Below the pieces are notes generated by a model, which was not told the origin of the DNA, searched no databases, and was given only the letters and a program-made list of their open reading frames with translations. This document shows positions 48,356 to 59,786 of a DNA stretch of 64,000 bases, piece after piece (positions within the stretch are counted from its first letter, which is position 1; every line of letters begins with the position of its first letter). A program made the translations under genes and the position numbers. Source of the stretch: Oculina patagonica (lineage: Eukaryota); assembly GCF_052425735.1 (NCBI RefSeq), contig NC_135769.1:32984001-33048000 (forward strand). The letters run 5' to 3'.

Positions 48356-50993
48356 TTTGGATTGCGCGCTTTTTTGGAAGACTGCATTTGCATTGCGGGC
48401 TCAGATGTGTCATGTGTCACGGGGTGAGTCGTACTGACGATAACATGACGGAGCAATTTTCTTGTCTTTTGTTGTTTCCAGGTAGCTTTATATCTTTCTA
48501 GAAGTAAATATCGAGAAGCTGGGAAATCATGAAGTGAGCACTTAACAAAATTTCGAAAGCAGAGTATCCCTCAATGAGACACGCCTGCAAGGAATGAGTC
48601 AAGGACACTTTTGTTCAGTTGAATACCGTGACTACCATGACTCCCTGTAGGCGCACCTCTCTTGAGTCAACTTCATAATATTATTTCACATAATTTACCT
48701 TTTCCAAAAGAAACTCTGTATATTGCTCATTTTTACCGGCCATAAGTCGATTGTCTTGTAACTGAAATAAATTATATTCAGTTATTGGGCTGATGGTGAT
48801 TTCTATTATTCAACAAATGTCCACTGCGACGACACTGCGACCCTTCTTTTGGAGGCTGACAATATCAAATTGGCCTAAATTCTAGTTTTACATCCAAGCC
48901 TCACTTCCAAAATAAACTTGTATCTCCATCCATTCGATATTCCACGCCGTAATGTAATGTAATGTAAAATAAAGTTTTACATTACATTATTTTTTGTGAA
49001 TCAGATGTTTAACGGATAAAACTTGCATATGTCTGTGAACGGTCGAAATAAAAGTAATTGTACTTTTCATGCCATGCTTATAGCTCAGTACACATTTCAT
49101 CCCGAGGCGAATCGAGACGTTTGATTCCTCAGGTCTTGAACAGTTTATATTACGTGTCTTTTTTGGATTTTCAAACTCTTCTCGAGTCTTGATTAATGTC
49201 TTTACCTTTTACTAAAATGGCGTGAAGCGACATTTTTCGATTTCTAATTAATTCTTCAACTTATTGAAGAATCTAAATTACTAGAAAAAAATATGTTGTA
49301 GTTAAAAGATTTTGAACTTCTCGTGGGCCGAATAAAAAAATTATTGGCTCAGTTTCAGTTATAAGCTAATTTGTGTTCATTAAGCCAAGATAAGTCAGTT
49401 GACAAAGGACTCTAGAGAAATGTACATTTGTTTTTTATTCATTATTATTTTTTATGGTACAAAAGAAGCCCATGGCCAGTTGTTTTGTGTTCTCATTAAA
49501 GTACCTTCATTATATCGCTATTCAGTTATAGATATGTAAGTATAATTATTTAGTATAAACGAAATTAATCATTTCAGTGTGAGCTAAAGAATAATTAAGC
49601 ACAAGGAGACTACAAGGTCCTTCGACGTTAGCCGACTGTACCATATAGAGATATCACTGGATGTGATACATAAAGTCAGAAAACGCTAACAAAAGTAACA
49701 GCAAACCAAAGATTACTTCTACAAACACAATCCTGTACATAGGGTTTTTATCTTATGCTATTAGAGAAAGCTTGAAATGTGTTCATTGTTATCAGCAAAG
49801 CCTCAATTTGTGAGATTATCTAGTTTCCGTTAGGAAGTATTTGGTCTTGAACGGAAGATATAGTGAAACAACCGAGGCCAACTGCTTAGATTTTACGTGT
49901 ACTCTCAAAAGTTCTCCATTAAGTTGACACAGTTTGGTTTTCCACAAAATACTTCTCTTTAAATAGTTAAGTTGGATGAAGTAACAGTAAATCGATAATT
50001 GAGCTTTTATCTTAAATTAAAAATTTCACGAATATAAGATCCGGTTCGATGAAGACATAATCATGTTCTGAGTCTAAAAACCTTACACAATATCGTTAGT
50101 GGAACACAACCGCTTACGGCAAATCAGTGTAATGCTAATATCAAAGACATAGAAAATGAAAACTGGTCAGTATTAAAATACCCTTAAGCTTGCAGGATGT
50201 AAATTTAAAGCTATGTCATATTGGATTTTTTTTTTTAATTTTTCGCGGAAGGAATCAACAGGGCGATGAAAGGCGAAAGTTAGAAATATTTTTTGAATAA
50301 ACAAAGCATCCTCTAAAAAAGTGACTTTTCCCCCTCAAAAAGGAAATAAAAACGTGGAATATTCCTTGCAGCTAATTTTAAAAATCTCGAATGAAGTTTT
50401 GAGTGTATTTAGATAAAAAAAAAAAGTTATAAAAATGTCTGTTTCAAGAACGTGCTGTCCATAAGAGGAAACAAAAATGTCTTCATTAAAAACTCAAACG
50501 ATAAATGATTCAAAAGCCTTTTCATCGCATCCGGCATTTAAAACTCTTTTATCCGAACACAGTCAATGAACATTTAGTAATGATTACACAAAATAAAGCG
50601 GTGCTGTATTCAAAATGATTCGCCATGATGGTATAGGGGAAAAATGCTGATTATTTGGAGAAAACCAAATTACAATTAAAGAGCGAAGGTTTTCGCCAGA
50701 ATAAAAAGACGCCTGTGAACAAAAGAAAATTTGTTTCTTAGTTTCACTGATTAAAATCTAGCACAAAGCAATAATATTGAATGAAAAGGTGGAGCATTAA
50801 TTGTGCCAAGAAATAAAAAAAAATCTACTTGTTAATGAGGAGCGACCGGATGCGCATTAACCTACTAATTGCAAGCAGTGAGTGGGAGAACATTTGTTCC
50901 CTGAGAAGGAAAGAACATTTTATTTAATGACGATAGTGAACACATAATTAAAAATATAATTGAAGTGTTGATAGAAAATGTTTAAAACGGAAA

Positions 50994-51110
50994 GTATATA
51001 TAAGCTTTGTCATTTTCATGCGGAGATCACTTTAAGCCGGTGCAAGCAGTCAACCGCACACATTGTTAGCTTGCTTCGACCACAACTTTGAGAAGCGACA
51101 ATAATTTACA
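50994..51110 (+). promoter_or_regulatory. Putative TATA promoter and non-coding first exon of the GHIRamide gene
   Basis: gtatatataagc TATA-like box, donor-like CAG|GTACAG at 51110; the coding exon is preceded by a strong acceptor (ttccttcctttccag, 52727) 7 nt before the ATG, which implies an upstream exon. Confidence 0.45.
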
Positions 51111-51633
51111 GGTACAGTGATACATAAGTTGAATTTTCTTGTAAGGTTATTGATCTTCGGCAGCTCTTTCGTTTGGTTTTTCTTTTGCATTTTAGGATTA
51201 TTTTATTTGCAATAACCTAAATAACAAAAACTCAGCAACATTTTTTTCGGGATACAACCCCTAAACGTCTTCTTGAAATTAAGCTTTCTTTGATTAATTC
51301 GAGTTAATCAACGACGGTTTTAAAAAAATGTTTTGTTCAACTCTCTTAATGCCCCGCCTTTTCATTAAATATTACTGCTTTGTGCTGGATATTTATCAGT
51401 GAAACTAAGAAACAAATTTCTTTTATTCACGGACCAGTTTTACAGGCCAAAACGTTCGCCCCACAATTGCAATTTGTGTTTTTTCCAAATAATCAGCATT
51501 TTCTTCCAATACCATCATGGCGACCGTCTTTGATTTTAGTTTTTATTTTGTGTAGTCATAACTTATTTTTAAATGTTTATTGACTGTATTCAGATAAAAG
51601 AGTTTTTACTGCCGTATGCGATGAAAAAGCTTT

Positions 51634-51770
51634 GGATCAATTTAGGTTTCTGGGAAACTGCTCACCTACCCCTCCCCAAACCTAACATTAACCCTTACTT
51701 ATCGCTTTGGGCAAAATGTTAGGTTTGGGGAGGGGTAGGTGAGCAGTTTCCCAGAAACCTAAATTGATCC
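51634..51770. mobile_element. 137-bp palindromic MITE, 8-bp TSD
   Basis: ggatcaatttaggtttctgggaaactgctcacctacccctcccc / perfect reverse complement; aaagcttt on both sides; absent from paralogous sites at ~61405 and ~63148. Confidence 0.9.
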
Positions 51771-52734
51771 AAAGCTTTTTAGGTCCTTTGTTCCTAAAAA
51801 ATTTGCTAATCCTCTGGAATATGACTCCAACCAAAATCGAAATACGCGTAATGAATAAATGTTTTACTTGAAATTTTAAAAGCATGTTTCAATTCTTTCG
51901 AAAAGCAAAGAAACCTTTTGTTTACAAAATATTTTGTACAGGTTTGCTCCACTTTGCATGAAAAGACTGAGTAGAAAAATGGTTAATTTGTTATAATTTT
52001 ACTAAATTTAAAAAGCAAAACTTAAGTGTATTTATCTCTTGAACTTTTTACGTTAGCTTTTCCTTGTCAATTTTACCATGCAAACTCAACTTTTAGTTCG
52101 TAACCCTTGACGTGTATTCATTCTGGTTTTAAACAGATGTGGTCACTATATTCATGTTATTGTTCGTTGTATCTGTATATCGAGTTCTGTTCTTGTCAGA
52201 GATCTTTTTTGATAATAAGACACTTGCCAGATTTGAATGTGGCGTGAACTTTTCACCAAAGTGATAAGATGGGAATTTTAGGCTAACTTCTTCTTTTGTT
52301 TGTTTTTGTGTATTAGGTGTTTAGTTCCTCCTTGTTTTATGTTGTAAAACTTCATCTCTTTTTCCTCTTATAAATGTTCTGATTACATCTTTTACATGTA
52401 CTACTCATGAAATCTCCCAATCTATTTATCGGATTTTTGCTGCACTAAAAAAAAACTGCGCATGAAATGTTACACGGCTGAAATTATATCTGGAAATAAC
52501 TGAAAACATCTTTAGCTACAAAATCCTTTGGTTGATGATTTCCACTATTACATCGCCTGTCTGACTGACAATTGGAAATAATGGCCTAGCAGTATTCTTA
52601 ATTAAGGGGAAACAGTCATTGAGCGCTTTTGTGTAACAAGAGTTACATGTTAGCACAGTCAACATAAAAAAACTAGGTACTGAAACAATTAATTATAAAA
52701 CTAACTGTGAATTTCCTTCCTTTCCAGATTAACG

Positions 52735-55517
52735 ATGTTTTTAAGACTTGCCATCTTTTTTTCTGTGGTTTGCCTAGCAAGCTGCGAAGCGGAGAAAAAA
52801 TCCGAAGATCCTCCGTGGGCCGAGGCACTTAACGCAAAATATTTTGGCCATATTAGAGGCAAAAGAACGGTAAGAATAAAGGAAATAAATAAACAACCGA
52901 TACGATAACTTTTTAGTGAGTAAAGCATTGTATCTCTTTAATTCTAAGAGCCAAATCCCGTAATTACCATAAATAAAAAATGAAGGCTTTTTAGCAGTGC
53001 GCTCATGTACTGTTTGCTTATTTGTAATTCATTATATTTTTGTTCACTAACATACAATTTATATCATCTTTTTGTAAGCCGGACATTAGAACAATATCTG
53101 TACGAATCGAAAAAGTTAAAAAGGCTTTAAGGATATTACTGATTAGCACCTCTGTGTATTACATAATTGCGATCATATCATTTGATACCGCCTGTGAATG
53201 AAGTACTTGTTTGTAACTTTTGTAATTTCTCACAGCCAATCTCCTCTCCTTTAACATCTTTTAAAATACACTTCATTAGCAAATTTCTATTCAATCTGAA
53301 AGTTTTAAAAACGATAGTTCGCATTTCATATTCGTTAAGAAAATGTCTTTTCAGTCAATCTTCTCATAATAAGATAAGTTGTTTTGCAATTTTAATAAGT
53401 TTTTTTTTTTACTTTCACCCAACACAGGATTCAGAAGACTCTCCACCAGGCTTGGAAGAGGCTCTAAACAACGCTTATTATGGACATATCCGTGGAAAAA
53501 GAACGGTAAAAAAATTAACAAACTCTCAATTACACGTTTGCATTGGAAAGTGGTCATGTTACCTTTCATTGTGAGCATAACATAGGGACGAAATATTGAA
53601 AACTCGCAAACTGATTGGTCAACCAGGCCATCGTTATGTGCGCGTTTTTGCGTGTGAGCAACTGAGTAAGTTTACGTTTCTAACTGTTGTTACTTTACTG
53701 AAATGGCAATTGGTGTATATTTATTCTAACAGAAAGATTTAGAAAACTTTCCACCATTAGAGGAAGCACTTAATTCAGCTTATTTTGGACATATCCGTGG
53801 AAAACGAACGGTAAGAATTATATAAAATGGAACAACATAAAAAGAAACAGGTCAAGCAATTTGTTATTAGGTACAAGACTAATCCCAACAGTTAAGCTAA
53901 ACTTGTACATAACGTGAGTTTTACTAAAATATGAAAATGCGACTGCCTTACATTCGGTGTAAAATAGACTGATGAGAGCCTAAAGCAAGCTAACCACGTT
54001 TTCAATTTTGACTTTGGATCCAAACATTCCGTGGTGCGGACACTCAGGAAATAAAACGGGTTTAGCCATTCCAAATTTCTATTATTTTATTTAATGGACT
54101 GATTGAGTAACTATTTTTTTTAAACATCATTTAAACATCATATCTTCCGTTAATGCATGGTAATTAAGATATAAGGTTTAGGGTTCAGTATTTGGACCAA
54201 AGTTAATTGGTTCATTTATGTGCTAAGCCTCAGTTAAAAAAAATGCCATTTATTTGTCGTGATGGAGAGGAATATCGAGTGATAAGTCATTTTAGAACAG
54301 TGCAGTTACCATGGTTACAATTGACGCGCGTTACACCCTTAAGTTCCACGAATGATCTTCTATTTTCTCCTTATAGAACACATAGGGCAAGAAAATCACG
54401 AACATGATCATCTTGATTTGTTAATCAAATTCTCCCAACAAGTTTTATATATAAGAAACGTATAAAAGCGAGCAAGAGAATCTGCATTTATTTTACTTTT
54501 ACTTTGCATTCCATTTGTTTTACTTTTCTTTGCATTTGTTTTACTTACTTTACAGCTGGAAGGTTGGGGTTATAATCCTGCGCTTCGTGAAGCTCTCAAT
54601 AGGCAGTATTTTGGCCACATTCGGGGAAAAAGGACGGTAAGAAATCCAGTTAAACACGCTGGAGACGTTTCGCGTCACTTTAGGGGGTGGGGGATGGCGC
54701 AGTGGTGAGAGTCTCCTCCCCCCTTTTGGCGGGTTCCGCCGGGTTTTTTTTTTTTTTTTCTTTAAAAAAAAAAAAAAAATAAAAAATTTAAACGATGGAA
54801 ATTAAAACCTGAAAACGTTTGCATTGAGCTGTAGCTTGTTGTGTTTGTTTTTGCAGGGAGGCTGGGGATCAAATAAGAACTTGCTTGAGGCGTTAAACAA
54901 TGCCTACATGGGCCATATCCGCGGAAAAAGACAACAGGTATACACAACACATTCTAAACACTGCAGGTTGATTTTTTTTGTTTTGTTTTGTTGTTTTTGC
55001 TGATGTTAATGCACCTTTTATAAATGGCTCGTCCGCTCTTTTAAAAACTGGCGCTAAATTGATAAGAAGATAACGGTAGTCAAAATTTCTAAGTCAGAAG
55101 AAACATAAGAACAAAGGGAGCTAACGAAAAAATGTGAACATAAACATTTGCCAACTTTCTGCGCGCCGGGCCATTTCGAAATTATGACGTCGCACAGTCA
55201 ACAAAAGGGCTATCGTTTTCTGATAATAGGAAACCTTATCTGACGTCATATAATCGCAAAGGAAGATCATACACATTACACATACACATTAAAATGGTTG
55301 ATACTTGGATCCAATTCTTTGTAGCATTTTAAATTATTCTATTGTAACACATCTTGACAAGTTTATAAAACAGACTAAACAATTTAATGGCAGTTTCGTT
55401 AACAAAGGAAGACATACCAATTAGGGGTACCATCAAGCATTTTTTATTTGTTAATTTTAAATATTTCGTTATTTTGTTTTATATTTTCAGGACACAGAGG
55501 AGAAGTCAGCTGAATAA
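52735..55517 (+). CDS. HIRamide-type neuropeptide precursor (159 aa): signal peptide plus five GHIR-amide peptides, one per exon
   Basis: Phase-0 exons: 52735-52869 MFLRLAIFFSVVCLASCEAEKKSEDPPWAEALNAKYFGHIRGKRT; 53428-53505 DSEDSPPGLEEALNNAYYGHIRGKRT; 53733-53810 KDLENFPPLEEALNSAYFGHIRGKRT; 54556-54636 LEGWGYNPALREALNRQYFGHIRGKRT; 54857-54937 GGWGSNKNLLEALNNAYMGHIRGKRQQ; 55491-55517 DTEEKSAE*. G-KR is the amidation plus dibasic cleavage signal. Confidence 0.92.
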
Positions 55518-56615
55518 AAACCTGTTGAGGAATGCCATAAAAATCCGATAAATGATACCATTACCGATCTCGAGTCAACATTATATGCTAAATAACTAAG
55601 AAAAATTGATGTTGAGTGAAAAATAAATTGTTCTTTCCAGTCGACATGTTTCATGACAAGTTATAAATAAATCAACACAGAGTCGACTGAACACAAAAAA
55701 TTTGTAAATGTGAAATAAAATAAAGTTTAACAGAAGAAGCAGACGAAATTGAGTTGCACTGGTGATCATTTGTTCCTCAAGAAAGAAAATAAATGAAAAA
55801 ATAGAAAAACAAACACGAAAAAATGCTAACACAACCAACTAAATACAGAATAATGACAATATTAAGGCAAAAAAGAAATGTTGTTAGCTACTATCACATG
55901 ACATCAGCAAAAGACAATGAAAAATTGGATCAACTATAAAATATTACTGAAATTCACCGCAATTTATCACTCCGTAGGTGGAAACGGCCGACTCTAAAAA
56001 CATAAATGTTTAGATAATGGTTTTTTACTGCCTGTCCACCTTTCAACAATTTCATTTAACAATTGCTGCGACATTTCTTAAATCAATATTTAATGACTCC
56101 CTTTTTCTGATACTTACTCTCAAGCAAATTATAACGATTCGTTATATAAGGTGATATGAAATAATAATACATCATCCAATAATAATATGTATACCTCCAC
56201 CGAAGCACATCCCTTCTTTCCTTTAAGAGGCCATTTTCAAGACAACCTTTTCCTCTGTTTCAAAACAAGTCTACGTGCGAAACCATTTATATGTTTTGAA
56301 ACAGAGACTAAGGGGAACTCGGAAATGGCCTGTTGCCTTGCATAATGCCATGTAAATGTAATAGTAAGTTTAATCTCGTAACAGAAATTTAAAAACAAAT
56401 AAATGCCATCGGTTTTGTTAATGCAATATGCAAGCTATAGCTAATCGGTTTGAAAACACATCCGTTCCTTATATTCTTATTAATTAAACTGTAAAGCTTC
56501 ACGGTAATGACAATGAAGAATGCTTTTTTCGAAATAACAGTTTTTTTTTTATTTTCTAGAAAATTTCATTGATCACAACAGATTTGAACACTAGTGATCC
56601 AAACATACTCCCAGT

Positions 56616-58124
56616 TTACGGCATAGACTTTTTTCCAGTCATAATGCCGCACAATAGAAATTCCCCAGCTTTCACTACCCTGACTGTTAACACGTGACTT
56701 CCAGAAGTCACATTGTGTGCCACAGTGACAAGCTTTGTGTGGCCAAATGGAGAATACGTGTTGACAACGATTCCAGGTTTGTCCTTCTCCAACCAAATCT
56801 CTGCTTTTCCACCGTGGCCGCTCGTACGGAACACTACAACAACATCCCTGGTGACCTTGCCTCTCCCCACATCTAATGGCAAATCAAATTGGAGTTTCAA
56901 TGTAGAATTTTCTATCTCTGCTTTCCACCCGCCAAATCCATCCGTTCGTAAAGGTCTGACGTTATATTTTTCCTGCATCGTTTTGTGAAAACCGATAGCA
57001 ACGTCTTTAACTTGTTTAAATCCGATATTTTTTATTTCTCTGACAGAAAGCGACGGATTAAAAAACGTGTTAGTTACATCTGGAGTGACTAAAGTATAAC
57101 AGAGTGGGTCTGGAACAACTCCCTGGGTGTCCATGAAATAAACAGGTCTCTGCAAGTCGTGTGAAGGTAAAGGATGGGAACCTTGTTTTAAACTTTCTAT
57201 GGCCCTCAGTAAAGCATTACGAACACTGTTGATAATCATCAGTGCCATTTGCGCATGTGCAATAATGCTGGCGTGGTTACCATCAGATGAAAACATGGTA
57301 GGATATTTTTTCATTCCATTATTTGGACATAATGTATCTCGCGTGCTGAAGCTTGTAATCCCATAATGCCAGGCAAGCATTGTCTGTCCATTATTTTCCA
57401 GATTATCACATACGGGAACATAACTTTGTCCTTGAATAAAGTTCACAAACATGACAGCGGGTAAAGTGTCTTCACTCAACAGCTGCCTTGTAAGTCTTTC
57501 GAGAGACATTGCCCTTGGAAGCCGAGTGTCTTTAAAAAGCATGCAATCGTTAACTGAAAACTCGAGGAATACAATGTCCAGGTTGTCTTCAGGTTCCATT
57601 AAAGTTTTGTAGCAAAACGAGAAAAAGTTGCTAGCAGTTCCTCCAACGGCGAGATTACGAAGCCCAATGTTCGATCCTGTGAGAGGCTGTACGGCTTTGT
57701 GCCACCAATCGATAAACACTCGGTAATAGATGCCACTTAGATCGGAGTAATCGTTAATTATTCCACCGCCGGCCGATATCGACCCACCCATGACTGTAGT
57801 GCCAATGTTTTGACCGAGTAAAGCTCTTGTCATAATATTTTGAAGACGGTCTTTCGTTGTTCTTCTTTCGACAATCTGTTTGTTATAAGACTCTGTAGTT
57901 AGTGACAGATCTTCCAAAGACTTAAACCTGTCTTTAAAATACCAGATTTCAAAAGGGTTCCTTTTAACGGAACGTTTGAGAGCATCGATTTGAGTGAAAG
58001 TCTCAAAAGGCCTGCTGTTCACTTCTTGTTGCTTGTCACGTAAAGAATGGAAGCTTTTCCTCTCTTCTTGTGCCAAAGTTAAACACACGATGATGGTGGA
58101 AATGATGATATTTAGACGAACCAT
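56616..58124 (-). CDS. Intronless secreted SGNH/GDSL-like hydrolase, 502 aa, with C-terminal beta-rich domain
   Basis: Signal-like N-terminus; block I MGGSIS, block II AVGGTAS, block III LEFSVND, block V DGNH. Confidence 0.88.
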   Translation of the reverse strand: MVRLNIIISTIIVCLTLAQEERKSFHSLRDKQQEVNSRPFETFTQIDALKRSVKRNPFEIWYFKDRFKSLEDLSLTTESYNKQIVERRTTKDRLQNIMTRALLGQNIGTTVMGGSISAGGGIINDYSDLSGIYYRVFIDWWHKAVQPLTGSNIGLRNLAVGGTASNFFSFCYKTLMEPEDNLDIVFLEFSVNDCMLFKDTRLPRAMSLERLTRQLLSEDTLPAVMFVNFIQGQSYVPVCDNLENNGQTMLAWHYGITSFSTRDTLCPNNGMKKYPTMFSSDGNHASIIAHAQMALMIINSVRNALLRAIESLKQGSHPLPSHDLQRPVYFMDTQGVVPDPLCYTLVTPDVTNTFFNPSLSVREIKNIGFKQVKDVAIGFHKTMQEKYNVRPLRTDGFGGWKAEIENSTLKLQFDLPLDVGRGKVTRDVVVVFRTSGHGGKAEIWLEKDKPGIVVNTYSPFGHTKLVTVAHNVTSGSHVLTVRVVKAGEFLLCGIMTGKKSMP

Positions 58125-59200
58125 TTTGCCTTTTGTTTGTAGTTTAGGTTTGAAAAAATTAGACCATGATCATTGGTAGTCTTCGAGCCAAGCTCTCAAG
58201 TAGAATTTTTAAATAATTTTAACAAATCATATCATGTTTATCTACCCGCAGGATATGCTTGGAATTAGCGTCAGTTCAGCACCTTTCGTGAAAACAACAA
58301 CTTGTGGTAACTGGATGCAATGACCAGTTTACAGGTGTTTAAAATTTCGCAATATCCATTGTCAAAATTAAAAAGAGGCAACTGGTTCGTCTTGGTTTTA
58401 GTAGGCTAGTTGAGCCTTAATTTTAGCCGTTTATCATCTATCAGCCATTTTGGAACGGGTCATTTAATTTTGGTTTTAAATTTCACTAGGGTTCACTTGT
58501 CAGAAGTGTTAACATTATGGGATACAATTGCTGGTGTTCTTCAGGAAAACCATTAAGAACCGCTATGAACCATACAAGATGGTCAAACGGGCAGAAAAAC
58601 GTTAACATCAGTCATGGCATTCAATATTATACATGTATACCAAGAATACGGTGTTACGAAAATCAGTCTACACGTACGTTAACTAATTTTATGGTGAGAA
58701 GTAGAAAATAAATAAGTTGTATAGACGTTTCATTGTCTCATAACTACAATCTGGTATAAAATACCGATTCCCCAAAGCATCAACACAGTTGCGAGTTAAC
58801 ATATGATGGGTTTACAAAAGAATTCAAAGCTGCTTTTGTAGAAATGTTGTTATAGATGTACTCTATCGGCCACAATATAGCGTAAAATTACAATTAAAGG
58901 ACATAAATCTCCAAACGACACCAAGTAAATCACGCTTGTGCCGCGCGTGTGCTCGAGGTGGCCATAATGTATTTAAAGCACAACACAATGATCAGTACTC
59001 GATCGTTCCCGAAAGGCTTGATCCGGCAAGAGTTCGACGCATTGGCCACAGCTAGGTGCCTCTTAAATTGTTTATGCTGTTTTTGTGTTTTGAATGACAA
59101 ATGGTCTGAAGTTATGAAACTAGTACTGAGTACTCAGGTCCATCCTGAACTGAGAAACTTAAGCTACCCTTATGGTTACAAAGAAGGCAAACACGATGTG

Positions 59201-59765
59201 TCATTTGTACGTTGGCCCAATGACAACACCCGACAAAATAAAAAACCCAGGGGTTTTTGTTCTGACGCTAAGCACATTACGTCCCGGTATCACTTGACGT
59301 GCGATGGTGAAACGTTTAGTGTGACCAAACACCGAGCGAGTGTTTATTATGACTCCTCTCTCTTTGTATTCATTCAACCAGACTTTTGCTGTCCCGCCAT
59401 TACCGTGTGTTCTTACGGCGACAGCGACATTCCTGGCAACAGTTGAATCTTCCAAAAGACACTGTTTAGAAAGCGAAGTTAACGGTACTAGTATTTCTAA
59501 TTCCAGCATGGAGTTGGCCGAAAGTGATTCCCATCCACCATATGCATCAGTTCGGAACTTCTGAATTTCAAACGGCTGAATCTGATGCACTGGGCTGGGC
59601 TGGTCATATGTCGTGTTGACTGAACCTCTTTTATTAATGAACATTTTTGCATCACCTTAAATCCAACACTTCCTATTTCTTTTACAGGAAGGCTTTGACC
59701 GCCGCAGTGTCATATTCTTGGTGAAGTCTGGTGTTATCTGAGTAAAGCACAAAGGATGTTCGCGG
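59201..59765 (-). pseudogene. Frameshifted 3' remnant of a paralog of the SGNH hydrolase
   Basis: ORF 59201-59644 aligns to the 502-aa protein (RTDAYGGW vs RTDGFGGW; RTHGNGGTAKVWL vs RTSGHGGKAEIWL; FGHTK); upstream frames give SLPVKEIGSVGFK and PLCFTQITPD with frameshifts; cut off by the tandem repeat. Confidence 0.8.
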
Positions 59766-59786
59766 AATTTTTTTCTGTAGCTCTTA

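Noticed and set aside
54335-54490. Possible extra peptide exon between neuropeptide exons 3 and 4
   Set aside because: Has an AG acceptor-like site but no HIRGKR motif or suitable donor; resembles a repeat fragment.
54689-54790. tRNA-like start ggggatggcgcagtggtgagag
   Set aside because: No cloverleaf; it looks like a SINE head running into low-quality homopolymer sequence.
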